From positions 27,260 through 91,259 of the forward strand of contig JAILZS010000003.1 in NCBI GenBank assembly GCA_023512375.1: a DNA stretch of 64,000 nt, written 5' to 3'. Positions 27,405 to 36,287 of the stretch are shown piece after piece. The translations under genes were made by a program, and so were the position numbers. Source of the DNA: Bacillota bacterium. GTDB lineage: Bacteria > Bacillota > Sulfobacillia > JAJZYS01 > JAILZS01. Position 1 is the first letter of the stretch; every line of letters begins with the position of its first letter. The notes beneath the pieces are model-generated. The model saw only the letters and a list, made by a program, of their open reading frames with translations, did not search any database and had not been told where the DNA came from.

Positions 27405-27700
27405 CGAATGAACAGACGACCGCCGTCCCTCAAGGGACGGCGGTTTGCCGCGGTGCCACCCTCGTTGGCGCCATGCGCCCACTCGGACGCCGTTCACGGG
27501 GCGTCGGCCGGCCGCGTTGTCCGCGGCACCTCCCCGGTGGACCCCGGACGCTCCGGCCGGCCGACTCGCACCCGCTCGGCTCGCTGCACGGCCTCGGCGC
27601 CGGTGCCGGTTCCTCGGCACGATTGGCGACGTTGGTTGTCGCCCATCGTGCACGATGGGGGACCGGGCCGTCAATCCCCCCCGCCCTCTTGCGGGCGTCG
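27405..27700 (-). promoter_or_regulatory. T-box riboswitch leader upstream of the aminotransferase-serA-PHP operon
   Basis: Minus-strand sequence AGGGTGGCACCGCGG (plus coordinates 27448-27462) matches the conserved T-box motif AGGGUGGNACCGCG. It sits about 70 nt upstream of the ATG and immediately 5' of a terminator whose 5' arm can alternatively pair with the motif to form the canonical antiterminator. The roughly 290-nt untranslated leader is consistent with T-box length. Confidence 0.6.
27420..27443 (-). terminator. T-box leader intrinsic terminator hairpin (CCGCCGTCCC-TTGA-GGGACGGCGG)
   Basis: Perfect 10-bp GC-rich stem followed on the minus strand by the U-containing tract GTCGTCTGTTCATTC. 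Alternative pairing of its 5' arm with the T-box sequence is shown in findings. Confidence 0.55.
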
Positions 27701-28348
27701 GGGCCGCCCGGAGGGATGCTTCGGTGGGCACGGGCCCCGCCCGCCGCCCCCTTGCGGCCCCAGCGCGCGGCGGTGCGCGTCCACCTCCCGCCACACGAGC
27801 TCCGCCACCCACGCGTCGTCCAGGTAGCCGACCGGGAAGCGGTCGTCCGGGATGGCGTCCACGCTCAGGACGAAGTACAGGAGGGCCGCCGCCACCCGCC
27901 GCCGGAGGGCTTGGGGCAGGTCGTCGCCCCCCTGGGCGTACAGCTCGAAGAGGGCGTCCAGCCGGGCCAGGGCGGGTCCGGCCATACCGCTCTGAGCCAG
28001 AAGAGCCCGCTTGGGCCCATAGCCCGCCCGCACCAGCCCCTCCACCTCCGCCCCTCCCGCCAGGGCGGCCAGTTGCTCCAGGGTCGCCCGTACGTGGCCG
28101 GGGCCGATCCCCTCGGGAACGCCCCACGCCGGCTCCTCGTCTGCCGCCCCGGCGCGGGCGAGCGCCACCAGGCGGTCGGGGTCCAACCCCAGGTGGGGGG
28201 CGAGGAGGCGCAGAAGTCGCGGCGTGGGGGCGGCGCGCCCCGCCATGAGACGCGACAGGGTGGTATGGTGCACCCCCGCCCTGGCGCCCAGGGCGCGCAG
28301 GCTCCAGCCCCCCGCGGCGATGCGCGCCGCCAGCTCCCGCCGCACGAG
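27671..28348 (-). CDS. HTH (XRE-like) transcriptional regulator fused to a DUF1232 (YkvA-like) domain
   Basis: HTH segment WSLRALGARAGVHHTTLSRLMAG. C-terminal YFVLSVDAIPDDRFPVGYLDDAWV matches the DUF1232 signature. Start is uncertain; the N-terminal 45 aa of the ORF are low complexity. Confidence 0.5.
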   Translation of the reverse strand, partial: LVRRELAARIAAGGWSLRALGARAGVHHTTLSRLMAGRAAPTPRLLRLLAPHLGLDPDRLVALARAGAADEEPAWGVPEGIGPGHVRATLEQLAALAGGAEVEGLVRAGYGPKRALLAQSGMAGPALARLDALFELYAQGGDDLPQALRRRVAAALLYFVLSVDAIPDDRFPVGYLDDAWVAELVWREVDAHRRALGPQGGGGRGPCPPKHPSGRPRRPQEGGGD

Positions 28349-28542
28349 GGTCGCACCCGCGTCCGCCTCCCCCGACGTCTCCCCCACCTCCCGACGGCTC
28401 CAGGGCCGCCCGGACAGTGTACGGCAGCGGCGGGGCGACGGTGTGCGCCCGTCCCCGCGTAGGCCGGACGGGCCGGTGCGCACCGCGGTGAGCCCTGCAC
28501 CAGCCCGCCGGCGCCGTCATAGCAGAGGACGGTGGTCCACGG

Positions 28543-29844
28543 GTGCGAGGACGGGGCGGTGAGGGCGTGGGCAAGGCGGGGGCGGCGCTCGACGGGACGG
28601 GGCCGGTGCGGCGCCGCCCCTTGCCCGCGCCCCGGCGCGCCCTCGCCCTGGCCGCCGTCTTCGCCGCCGTGGGACCCGGCGTCCTGGCCATGGCGGGCGA
28701 CAACGACGCGGGGGGACTGTTGGCCTACAGCGCCACCGGCGCCCGCTTCGGCACGCGCTTTTTCCTGCCCGCCCTGGTGCTCCTGGGGCTCGTCACCCTG
28801 GTGGTGCAGGACATGGCCACGCGCCTGGCGATCGGCACGGGGGAGGGCCTGCCGGAGTTGGTCGGGCGCCTGGGCGGGCGGGCGTGGGCCCGCGTGCTGG
28901 CGGCCGATCTCGCCCTGGTCAACACCGCCACTCTGGTGGCCGAGCTCACCGGCATGGCGGTCGGCCTCGCCCACTTCGGCCTCCCCCTGCCGCTCGGCAT
29001 CCTCGCCTCCCTGACCGCCGTCACCGCCACCCTCGCCCTCGGCAGCTACCGCAGCGCCGAGCGCATCGGCCTGAGCCTGGTAGCCATCAACCTGCTCTTC
29101 CTGCCCCTCGCGCTCACCCACCTACCGCCCTCCGGTGCCCTGCTCCCCTGGCCCGCCGCCCGCACCCTCGCCCGCCCTGGCTTCGCCTTGTTCGCCGTGG
29201 GCCTGGCCGGCAACGCCATCGCCCCCTGGATGCCCTTCTTCCAGATGGACGCCGTGCACGCCCACGGCTGGACGGCGCCCTCCGACCTGAAGCGGGCGCG
29301 CGTCGACCTCGCCCTGGGCACGGCCGTGCAGGTGTTGGTGGCGGCCGCCGTGCTGGCCCTGTCGGCGCGTGCGCCCTGGCGAGGGCCCTTCGCCCCCGGC
29401 CCGTGGCTCGCGCGCCTGGGGAGCTCCACCTCCCCCTGGGTGTCCGATCTCTTCGCCGCCGGCCTGTTCGACGCCGGGTTCGTCGCCTGCCTGGCCGTCT
29501 CCTACACGTCCGCCTGGACGGTCCTGCGCACCTGGGGAGGCGTCGGCGGAGCGGGCGCCGTCCCCGGCCGCTCGCGCGCGGCGTTCGCCCTGTTCGCCCT
29601 GGGGCTCGCCGTGGCGGGCCTGCTCGTCGCCCTGCCCGGGGCCCCCCTGGGCCTGTACGCGGTGGCCACCCAGGCCCTGTCCGCCGTCCTCATGCCACCG
29701 GTGCTGGCCGTGCTATGGTTTCTCGCCCGCCGCCGGCGGCTCGTCGGCGCCCTGGCCAACGGCCGCGGCCACGACCTCGTCGCCGCCCTCGCCCTCGTCC
29801 TGTTCGTGGCCGCCAGCGGCGCCCTCCTGTGGGGGGGATCGTGA
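28543..29844 (+). CDS. NRAMP family divalent metal (Mn2+/Fe2+) transporter
   Basis: Nramp signature GPGVLAMAGDNDAGG (variant of the GPGxL...DPGN motif) and about 11 predicted TM segments. The true start may be internal, for example GTG 28606. Confidence 0.7.
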   Translation: MRGRGGEGVGKAGAALDGTGPVRRRPLPAPRRALALAAVFAAVGPGVLAMAGDNDAGGLLAYSATGARFGTRFFLPALVLLGLVTLVVQDMATRLAIGTGEGLPELVGRLGGRAWARVLAADLALVNTATLVAELTGMAVGLAHFGLPLPLGILASLTAVTATLALGSYRSAERIGLSLVAINLLFLPLALTHLPPSGALLPWPAARTLARPGFALFAVGLAGNAIAPWMPFFQMDAVHAHGWTAPSDLKRARVDLALGTAVQVLVAAAVLALSARAPWRGPFAPGPWLARLGSSTSPWVSDLFAAGLFDAGFVACLAVSYTSAWTVLRTWGGVGGAGAVPGRSRAAFALFALGLAVAGLLVALPGAPLGLYAVATQALSAVLMPPVLAVLWFLARRRRLVGALANGRGHDLVAALALVLFVAASGALLWGGS

Positions 29845-29846
29845 TG

Positions 29847-29954
29847 CGCCGGCCCACGCGTCGCCTCGTGGCAGCGGCGCTGGTGGTGGTCTGGATCGGC
29901 GCCTGCCTGGCGCTGTTCGGCTACCGCCTGGTGACGTCCTGGTTGGGCGGGTAG
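29847..29954 (+). CDS. small hydrophobic protein (36 aa, single TM) translationally coupled to the NRAMP gene
   Basis: ATG overlaps the NRAMP stop (GTGATG). MRRPTRRLVAAALVVVWIGACLALFGYRLVTSWLGG has a charged N-terminus followed by a TM helix. Confidence 0.3.
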   Translation, partial: RRPTRRLVAAALVVVWIGACLALFGYRLVTSWLGG

Positions 29955-29986
29955 GCGCGACAAGGCCGCGATGGCCACGCCCGCGC

Positions 29987-30015
29987 TTGAGGCGCCTGGG
30001 GCGGGCTGGTACAGT
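29987..30015 (+). promoter_or_regulatory. putative sigma-A promoter TTGAGG-17 nt-TACAGT upstream of the gntR-family gene
   Basis: Near-consensus -35 and -10 hexamers with a 17-nt spacer, about 30 nt upstream of the GntR start codon. Confidence 0.4.
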
Positions 30016-30045
30016 CGAGGAAAGGTCGAATCCGAGGGGCGGAGC

Positions 30046-30825
30046 ATGCAGGGGGAGACGAACGACCGCCTGGCGGCGCTGTTCCGGACGGTGCCGGCCG
30101 GGCGAGGGTCGAACGCCATCGCCCGCCGCATCGAGCGCGCCATCCTGAACGGCGATCTCGCCGTGGGCGAGCGCCTGCCCAACGAGCGCGACCTGGGGCG
30201 CCTGTTCGGGGTCAGCCGCGCCACCCTGCGCGAGGCCCTGCGCATCCTCGAGGCCGACGGCCTCCTCGAGGTTCGCCGCGGCGTCACGGGCGGGGCGTTC
30301 GTATCCGTGCCGCGTACGGAGAGGGCGGCGAGCGCGCTCGCCGCCCTCATCCGCTTCCGCCAGGCCACCCCCGCCCATTTCTCCGAGTTCCGCCTCGCCT
30401 TCGAGGCGGAGAACGCCCGCCTGGCCGCGGCGAGAGCCACCCCGGAGCAGGTGGCCGCGATCGTGGAGGCGGCCGCCGCCGCAGCGGCCTGCGCCCATCC
30501 CGACGCGGCGTGGGAGGAGTTCATGGACCGGGACATCGACTTTCACGAGCGCGTGGCCGAGGCGACCGCCAACCCGATCCGGGTGGCGGTCATGCTGGGC
30601 GTACACGGCGCCTTCCGCCAGTCGTCGCGCGCCGTCGGCCGCCTCGACACGCCCGCATGGCGGCGCGAGCAGGCGGCCCAGCTGGAGGAGGTGGCGCGCG
30701 CCATCCGCCTGCGCCGGCCGCGCGCCGCCCAGCGCCACATGCAGCGCCACATCCTGAGCAACACGGCGGTGGCCGAGGCCATCTGGGCCCGGCCCTCGCC
30801 GGACGGCGAGGGCGGACAGGCATGA
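30046..30825 (+). CDS. GntR family (FadR/FCD subfamily) transcriptional regulator
   Basis: wHTH segment RLPNERDLGRLFGVSRATLREALRILEADGLLEVRRGVTGGAFV plus an all-helical FCD-like C-terminal domain. ATG 30046 (MQGE...). Confidence 0.8.
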   Translation: MQGETNDRLAALFRTVPAGRGSNAIARRIERAILNGDLAVGERLPNERDLGRLFGVSRATLREALRILEADGLLEVRRGVTGGAFVSVPRTERAASALAALIRFRQATPAHFSEFRLAFEAENARLAAARATPEQVAAIVEAAAAAAACAHPDAAWEEFMDRDIDFHERVAEATANPIRVAVMLGVHGAFRQSSRAVGRLDTPAWRREQAAQLEEVARAIRLRRPRAAQRHMQRHILSNTAVAEAIWARPSPDGEGGQA

Positions 30826-31385
30826 GGGAAGGGGAAGCCGCGGTGTACGCCGCCCCCGCCGCGGACGGCGCCGACCGGGCGTGGCTCGCGCAGCTGTGGC
30901 GCGACGGCTGGGGCGGAGACCCCATGTACAGCGGCGGGCGGGTCCACCACCTGGCGCGCTTGGAGGCCTTCATCGCCTGGGAGGCGGGGCGGCGCGTGGG
31001 CGCCGCCACGTACGCCCCGCCCGAGGACGGCGTGGCCGAGCTGGTCAGCCTCGACGCCCTCGTGCCGGGGCGGGGTGTGGGCAGCCTCCTCCTCCAGGCG
31101 GTGAGCGACGCCGTGCGCGCCCGCGGCGGCCGCGCCCTCAAGGTGGTGACCACGAACGACAACCTCGACGCCCTCGGCTTCTATCAGCGGCGCGGCTTCC
31201 GCCTCATGGCCCTCAGGCCCGGGGCCGTGGACGTTGCCCGCCGCCACAAGCCGACCATCCCCCTCGTGGGCCGGCACGGCATCCCCGTGCGCGACGAGCT
31301 CGTGCTCATCGCCGAGCTGGCGGGTGAGGAGCCGTCGTCGTTCCCGGACAGCGGGGGCGACGACGGTGCGGCTCCCGGATCTTAG
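30822..31385 (+). CDS. GNAT family N-acetyltransferase
   Basis: ATGA overlap with the gntR stop. Acetyl-CoA binding region (LVPGRGVGSLLLQAV...ARGGRALKVVTTNDN...FYQRRGF). Confidence 0.65.
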   Translation: MREGEAAVYAAPAADGADRAWLAQLWRDGWGGDPMYSGGRVHHLARLEAFIAWEAGRRVGAATYAPPEDGVAELVSLDALVPGRGVGSLLLQAVSDAVRARGGRALKVVTTNDNLDALGFYQRRGFRLMALRPGAVDVARRHKPTIPLVGRHGIPVRDELVLIAELAGEEPSSFPDSGGDDGAAPGS

Positions 31386-32260
31386 GCGGTGGGGGCCAGG
31401 CTGGCAAGGTCGGCGAGGACGGCGTCGATGCGCCGGCGGTCCGCTTCCTCCAAGGGGAGGCGGGGCGGACGCGTGTCGCCCACGGGGCGGCCCACCGCCG
31501 CCAGCCCGTACTTGATCGCCTGCACGAGGCGGGGCGTGGTGTCGTAGCGCAGGAGTGGAAGCATGCGCCGGTACAGAGCCCAGGCGCGCTCGTAGTCGCG
31601 TGTCCGCGCCGCCTCGTACAGGGCGACCGACGCCGCGGGTACGATGTTCGCCATGCCCGCGATCCAGCCCACGGCGCCGGCGAACATGCTTTCCAGCACC
31701 AGGTCGTCGGCGCCGGCCAGGACGCTCGCGCGGCAGGTCTGGATGAGCTCGGTCACGCGCCGCACGTCGCCGGAGAACTCCTTGACGGCGGCGATGCGCG
31801 CCACCCCCTCGAGCTCGCGCACGCGCTCGGCCGTGACGTCGGTCGACGTGTCGAAGGGGTTGTTGTAGATCACGATCGGCAGCCCCACGGCGTCGATGGC
31901 CCGGTAGTGCGCGACTACCTCCGCCCAGGTGGGCCGGTACTGGATGGGAGGCAGGGCCATGACGGCCTGGGCGCCGTGGTCGCGCGCGTGCTCGGCCCAG
32001 CGCACCACCTGGGCGGTGGTGGTCGCGGCCACCCCCACGACCACGGGGACGCGGCCCTTGGCCTCGGCCAGCACCGCCTCCACCACCGCGGCCCGCTCCC
32101 CGTCCGACAGCGAAGCGTACTCGCCGCATGTGCCGGCCGGCACCAGGCCGTGCACGCCCTCCCGGATGAGCCAGTCCACGTGGGCCCTCAAGGAGTCCAC
32201 GTCCACCTCGCCCGACTTGGCAAAGGGCGTCACCACGGCCACGTACACGCCTTCGAACAT
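31382..32260 (-). CDS. dihydrodipicolinate synthase (DapA/NAL) family lyase; candidate 1-pyrroline-4-hydroxy-2-carboxylate deaminase
   Basis: DapA-family N-terminus (GVYVAVVTPF...GVHGLVPAGTCGEYASLS) and Schiff-base Lys region (AAVKEFSGD). Adjacent to hydroxyproline and peptide genes. Confidence 0.75.
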   Translation of the reverse strand: MFEGVYVAVVTPFAKSGEVDVDSLRAHVDWLIREGVHGLVPAGTCGEYASLSDGERAAVVEAVLAEAKGRVPVVVGVAATTTAQVVRWAEHARDHGAQAVMALPPIQYRPTWAEVVAHYRAIDAVGLPIVIYNNPFDTSTDVTAERVRELEGVARIAAVKEFSGDVRRVTELIQTCRASVLAGADDLVLESMFAGAVGWIAGMANIVPAASVALYEAARTRDYERAWALYRRMLPLLRYDTTPRLVQAIKYGLAAVGRPVGDTRPPRLPLEEADRRRIDAVLADLASLAPTA

Positions 32261-32297
32261 CTCGTCTGCCCCCTTCGTCGCTCGCCTCTCCCGTCCC

Positions 32298-33389
32298 CTA
32301 GACCGTGCGCCAGGCCTTGGGGACGACGGTGAGGCGCTCGCTCCCGTCCTCCGTCACCACGAGCGTATCCTCGACCCGTGCCCCGCCCACGCCCGGCAGG
32401 TAGATGCCCGGCTCCACGGTGATCGTCATGCCCGGGCGAAGGACGTCGTCCTTGCCCTCCTCCGGCTCGCGGGCGGCAAAGGGGCGCTCGTGGATGTCGA
32501 GCCCCACCCCGTGGCCCGCCCCGTGCCCGAAGCGGTCGCCGTACCCGGCCGCCTCGATGATCCGCCGACACGCGCGGTCGACCTCGCTCGCCCGCACGCC
32601 GGGTCGCACGCTGGCGATGCCGGCGGCCTGCGCCTCGTGCACGAGATCGAAGATCTCCCGCAGGCGGGCAGGCACCTGCCCCACGCCGAAGGTCACCGTC
32701 TCGTCCGAGCGGTAGCCGTCGCTCAGGCCGCCGAAGTCCACCGTCACCATGTCGCCCGGGCCGATCACGCGCTCTCCCGGTCGGGCGTGGGGGAGCGAGC
32801 CGCGCTCCCCGGAGGCGACGATGGTGTCGAACCCGGGTGCGTCGAGGCCCAGCTCGCGCATGCGGTGCTCCAGCGCGACGGCCAGGGCCCGCTCCGTCCG
32901 ACCCGGCGCGGTGGGCAGAAGCTCCTCCAGGGCCTGGCCGGCCAGGTGGGCGGCCCGCCGGATGGCGGCGATCTCCCCGGCGTCCTTCACGAGGCGCAGC
33001 TCCTGCATGAGCTCCTGCGCCCCCACCCATTCCACCTGGGGCATGTGCTCCCGCCACTGCCGGAACATGGCCACCGGCAGGCGCTCGTCCTCGAAGCCGG
33101 CGCGGCGGATGCCGGCGTTGGCCACGACGTCCGCCAGGGTGGACAGGTAGGGCCGGCCGTGCTGCACCACCTCGTACCCGTCCGCCCCGGCCCCGGCCGC
33201 CTCCACGTACCGGAAGTCGGTGAGGAGCCACGCCCCGTCGGCCGACACCACCAAATACGACGAGGAGCCGGAGAATCCGGTGAGATAGCGCACCTGCGCG
33301 TTGCTCATGTGCTCGGGCGCGGCCAACACCAGGCCGTCCAGCCCCCGCTCCCGCATCGCCTCGCGCAGGCGCCTCAGGCGCTCTCGCAT
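32298..33389 (-). CDS. M24 family Xaa-Pro aminopeptidase / prolidase
   Basis: Creatinase-like N-domain plus pita-bread catalytic domain with metal ligands (DFGG...D, HGAGHGVG, E...E). Start at ATG 33389 (MRERLRRLRE...). Confidence 0.8.
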   Translation of the reverse strand: MRERLRRLREAMRERGLDGLVLAAPEHMSNAQVRYLTGFSGSSSYLVVSADGAWLLTDFRYVEAAGAGADGYEVVQHGRPYLSTLADVVANAGIRRAGFEDERLPVAMFRQWREHMPQVEWVGAQELMQELRLVKDAGEIAAIRRAAHLAGQALEELLPTAPGRTERALAVALEHRMRELGLDAPGFDTIVASGERGSLPHARPGERVIGPGDMVTVDFGGLSDGYRSDETVTFGVGQVPARLREIFDLVHEAQAAGIASVRPGVRASEVDRACRRIIEAAGYGDRFGHGAGHGVGLDIHERPFAAREPEEGKDDVLRPGMTITVEPGIYLPGVGGARVEDTLVVTEDGSERLTVVPKAWRTV

Positions 33390-33505
33390 GTCGATCGTCC
33401 CTTCCTTGCGCTCGCGTGGTCGCCCGCTCTCCAGGCGCCGTGGCACGGGCGCCGCCGCCCTCCGGGGGGGCGGCGCGCCCGCGCACGGCTAGCGGCCCGT
33501 ACCGT

Positions 33506-35251
33506 CTACCTGCACACGTAGATGTACTGGAACTGCACAGCCTTGATGGGGTGCAGGTACAAGTTGATGTCGCTCGGGCCGACGTTGTTCGTGATGAGCA
33601 TCTCCTGGGTCCCGAAGTACATGAACAGCCACGGTGCGTCGTGCTCCACGATCGCCTGCGCCTCGTCATACAGCTTGTAGCGCAGGGCGTCCTGCGAAGG
33701 CGGCAGGGAGTCCGCCTCGGCCACCAAGCGGTCCACCGTGGGATTGTTGTAGTTCGCCTCGTTGGAGCTCGCGAACACGTCGTGCTTGGGATCGTTCGGC
33801 GGCCCCTTGGCCACCAGGAGGTTGGCGAAGAAGTCGGACGGGTCAGGGTAGTCCTGCACCCAGCCGGCGTCACCGGCGTCGTAGGACGTCTGTGGCCCGC
33901 CCGTGGCCGGCGGGGAACCGTTCGTCCAATACACCGAGGTCGACACCGGCACGATCTGGATGTTCACGCCGATCTTGCGCCAAGCCTGCTGCAGGTAGGT
34001 GGCGATGGCCTCGTCCGTCTGGTCGTTGGGGATGTAATACTTGAAGCTCAGGCTCTTGTGGGCATACCCGGCCTTGGCCATCAGCGCCCGTGCCTTGGCC
34101 AGGTTGTAGGGGTACGGCTCTTGGCTGTTCACCCACCCGGGCATGCCGGGCGGCAGGACGCCGTCGTTGGGAAGGTAGCCGTGGCCGTTCACGGCCACCT
34201 TGATGAGGATCCGCTTGTCCACCGCGTAGTTGAGGGCTTGGCGAAGATACAGGTTGTTGAAAGGGGGCTCCGCCGTGTTGAAGTATCCGTATACCACCCA
34301 GTTGTACGGCTGCTGGTGGAACTCCACCGCCGTCTGCGGGTTCGACATGGCCTGAAGATACTGCGACGGTGTCGGCCCCCAGATGAGGTTCACCTGACCG
34401 CGCGTGAACTGCTCGAACTCGGTGGTCGGGTTTACGTTCACAGGGAAAACGATCTTATCGAGGTAGGGCTTTGGCCCCCAGTAGAGAGGATTGCGCACCA
34501 ACACGAGCTGCTTGTTGTGCTGCCAGGACAACAGCTTGAACGGTCCCGAACCGACGGCATGGTTCTCATAGGCATCATTCGCGTCAGTGGGCCCGTACTG
34601 CTTGATCACCTTCGGGTCGGCCACGCCTGTCACCATGAGTGCCATGTCGTTCAAGAAGAACGCCGCCGGCTTCACCAGGGTGATGCTGAGGACGTGGGGG
34701 CCCAGAACCTTTACGCCGCTCAGGGGGATGGGGTCGGTGTTCCACGCGGTGTAGGCGCGACTGGTCTTGGGCTCCTTCTGCAGAGCCGAGAACCCCTCCA
34801 CGTCGCCCAGGGTGAACGCCGCATAGGGCGAGTTGGCGCCCGGCTGGGAGACGCGCGCAAGGTTGAAGGCCACATCCGCCGCAGTCACCGGGTCCCCGTT
34901 GGAGAAGCGGGCATTTCGTAGATAGAACGTGTACGTGCGGCCGCCGTTCGTGATGGTCCAGCGGGTGGCCAAGCCGGGACCGATGGCGGAACTGTCCTTG
35001 TTGTATTCGACCAGCGTGTCGTAGATCGACTGCATGGCCATGAGCGACTGGCCGTCGTCCCAGTACACGGGGTCGAGGGTGGCGAAGTCGTTGGGCCACG
35101 CCATGGTGATCGTACCGCCGTACGTCGGCGTCGAGCAGAACGGTTGGCCGGCGGCCAGGGCGGGCGCGGTCGCCAGCGGCGCGCCCGCGCCGACGGCCAG
35201 GACGGAAGCCGCCGCAGCCGCCGCGCCGACCGCCCCCCATCGCCTGCCCAT
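33506..35251 (-). CDS. ABC transporter substrate-binding protein, family 5 (DppA/OppA peptide-binding type)
   Basis: Signal peptide MGRRWGAVGAAAAAASVLAVGAGAPLA followed by a family-5 SBP. Start at ATG 35251. Confidence 0.8.
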   Translation of the reverse strand: MGRRWGAVGAAAAAASVLAVGAGAPLATAPALAAGQPFCSTPTYGGTITMAWPNDFATLDPVYWDDGQSLMAMQSIYDTLVEYNKDSSAIGPGLATRWTITNGGRTYTFYLRNARFSNGDPVTAADVAFNLARVSQPGANSPYAAFTLGDVEGFSALQKEPKTSRAYTAWNTDPIPLSGVKVLGPHVLSITLVKPAAFFLNDMALMVTGVADPKVIKQYGPTDANDAYENHAVGSGPFKLLSWQHNKQLVLVRNPLYWGPKPYLDKIVFPVNVNPTTEFEQFTRGQVNLIWGPTPSQYLQAMSNPQTAVEFHQQPYNWVVYGYFNTAEPPFNNLYLRQALNYAVDKRILIKVAVNGHGYLPNDGVLPPGMPGWVNSQEPYPYNLAKARALMAKAGYAHKSLSFKYYIPNDQTDEAIATYLQQAWRKIGVNIQIVPVSTSVYWTNGSPPATGGPQTSYDAGDAGWVQDYPDPSDFFANLLVAKGPPNDPKHDVFASSNEANYNNPTVDRLVAEADSLPPSQDALRYKLYDEAQAIVEHDAPWLFMYFGTQEMLITNNVGPSDINLYLHPIKAVQFQYIYVCR

Positions 35252-35354
35252 GTTCAGCAAAACGGACACCGTCGAACCCTCCCTTGGTGTGCAGGCGCGT
35301 GGCCTGCACCGCGCTGGTCGTCGGGGTCGCGCGCCGCTCCCACCCCCTTTGCGA

Positions 35355-36287
35355 TCACGAGTACGTGATGCGGGGATCGAGAAGGGCATAGACCACGTCC
35401 ACCACCAGGTTCATGACCACGATGGCCGCCGAGGCGAACAGCACGACCCCCAGGATGGTCGGGACGTCGATCACCCGGATGGCGCTCGACGTCATGGCCC
35501 CCAGCCCGGGCCAGTCGAAGATCGTCTCCACCACCAATAGGCCCCCGAGGAGGTAGGCGAAGTCGAGCCCGAGGTAAGTGACCAGGGGGATGAGCGCGTT
35601 GCGCATCATGTGCCGCCACGTGACGCCCGCCTCCGACAAGCCCTTGGCGCGCGCCGTGCGCACGTAGTCCTCGCCCGCGATCTCGATCAGGCTCTGGCGC
35701 ACCAGGCGAGCGTCGTAGGCCGCGCTCGTGAGCGCGTACGAGAGGGCCGGAAGGACCACGTACCGGATGTCGGGGAAGGGCGCGGACCCGCCGAGGGGAA
35801 ACCACCCAAGGCGGTAGGCGAAGATGTACAGGAAGATGGAACCGACCGCAAATGTGGGCACCGAGACGCTGACGAGGGAAAGAACGACGAACGCCGTATC
35901 CGCCCACGTCCCCGCGCGGCGAGCGAAGAACACACCGAGCGGTACACCGATCGCCACCTCGAGGACGATGGCGGCCACCCCGAGATAGATGGAATGGGGC
36001 ACCGCCTGGGCCAACATCTGGGCCACGGGGAGGTGGAATTGGTAAGAGTAGCCGAGATCCAGGTGGGCGAGCTGACCCAGGTAAAGGCCAAATTGGGCCA
36101 CAATGGGTAGGTTGAGCCCGTAATTTCGTGTGATTTCCGCGATAGTGACCGGGCTTGCGTGATTCGTCCCGGCGATGACCTTCGCATAGTTAATCGGCAA
36201 TGCGTGCAGGATTAGGAAATTGACAAAGATGATGGCGAACATGGTGACAACGAGCATCGCCAGCCGACGCACGAGGTAGCTAGCCAC
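35355..36287 (-). CDS. ABC transporter permease (DppB/OppB-like)
   Basis: N-terminal YLVRRLAMLVV motif and EAA-loop region. GTG 36287 overlaps the upstream permease stop. Confidence 0.8.
   Translation of the reverse strand: MASYLVRRLAMLVVTMFAIIFVNFLILHALPINYAKVIAGTNHASPVTIAEITRNYGLNLPIVAQFGLYLGQLAHLDLGYSYQFHLPVAQMLAQAVPHSIYLGVAAIVLEVAIGVPLGVFFARRAGTWADTAFVVLSLVSVSVPTFAVGSIFLYIFAYRLGWFPLGGSAPFPDIRYVVLPALSYALTSAAYDARLVRQSLIEIAGEDYVRTARAKGLSEAGVTWRHMMRNALIPLVTYLGLDFAYLLGGLLVVETIFDWPGLGAMTSSAIRVIDVPTILGVVLFASAAIVVMNLVVDVVYALLDPRITYS

Noticed and set aside
28484-28620. Possible Mn-sensing riboswitch (yybP-ykoY) upstream of the NRAMP gene
   Set aside because: Looked for the conserved yybP-ykoY elements in the short leader. 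Nothing resembling them. Region too short if the 28543 start is used.
27258-29121. 481-aa and 418-aa minus-strand ORFs across the T-box leader, regulator and NRAMP region
   Set aside because: Extremely Pro/Gly/Arg-rich with no motifs. Conflict with the T-box leader, the HTH-DUF1232 gene and the NRAMP gene.
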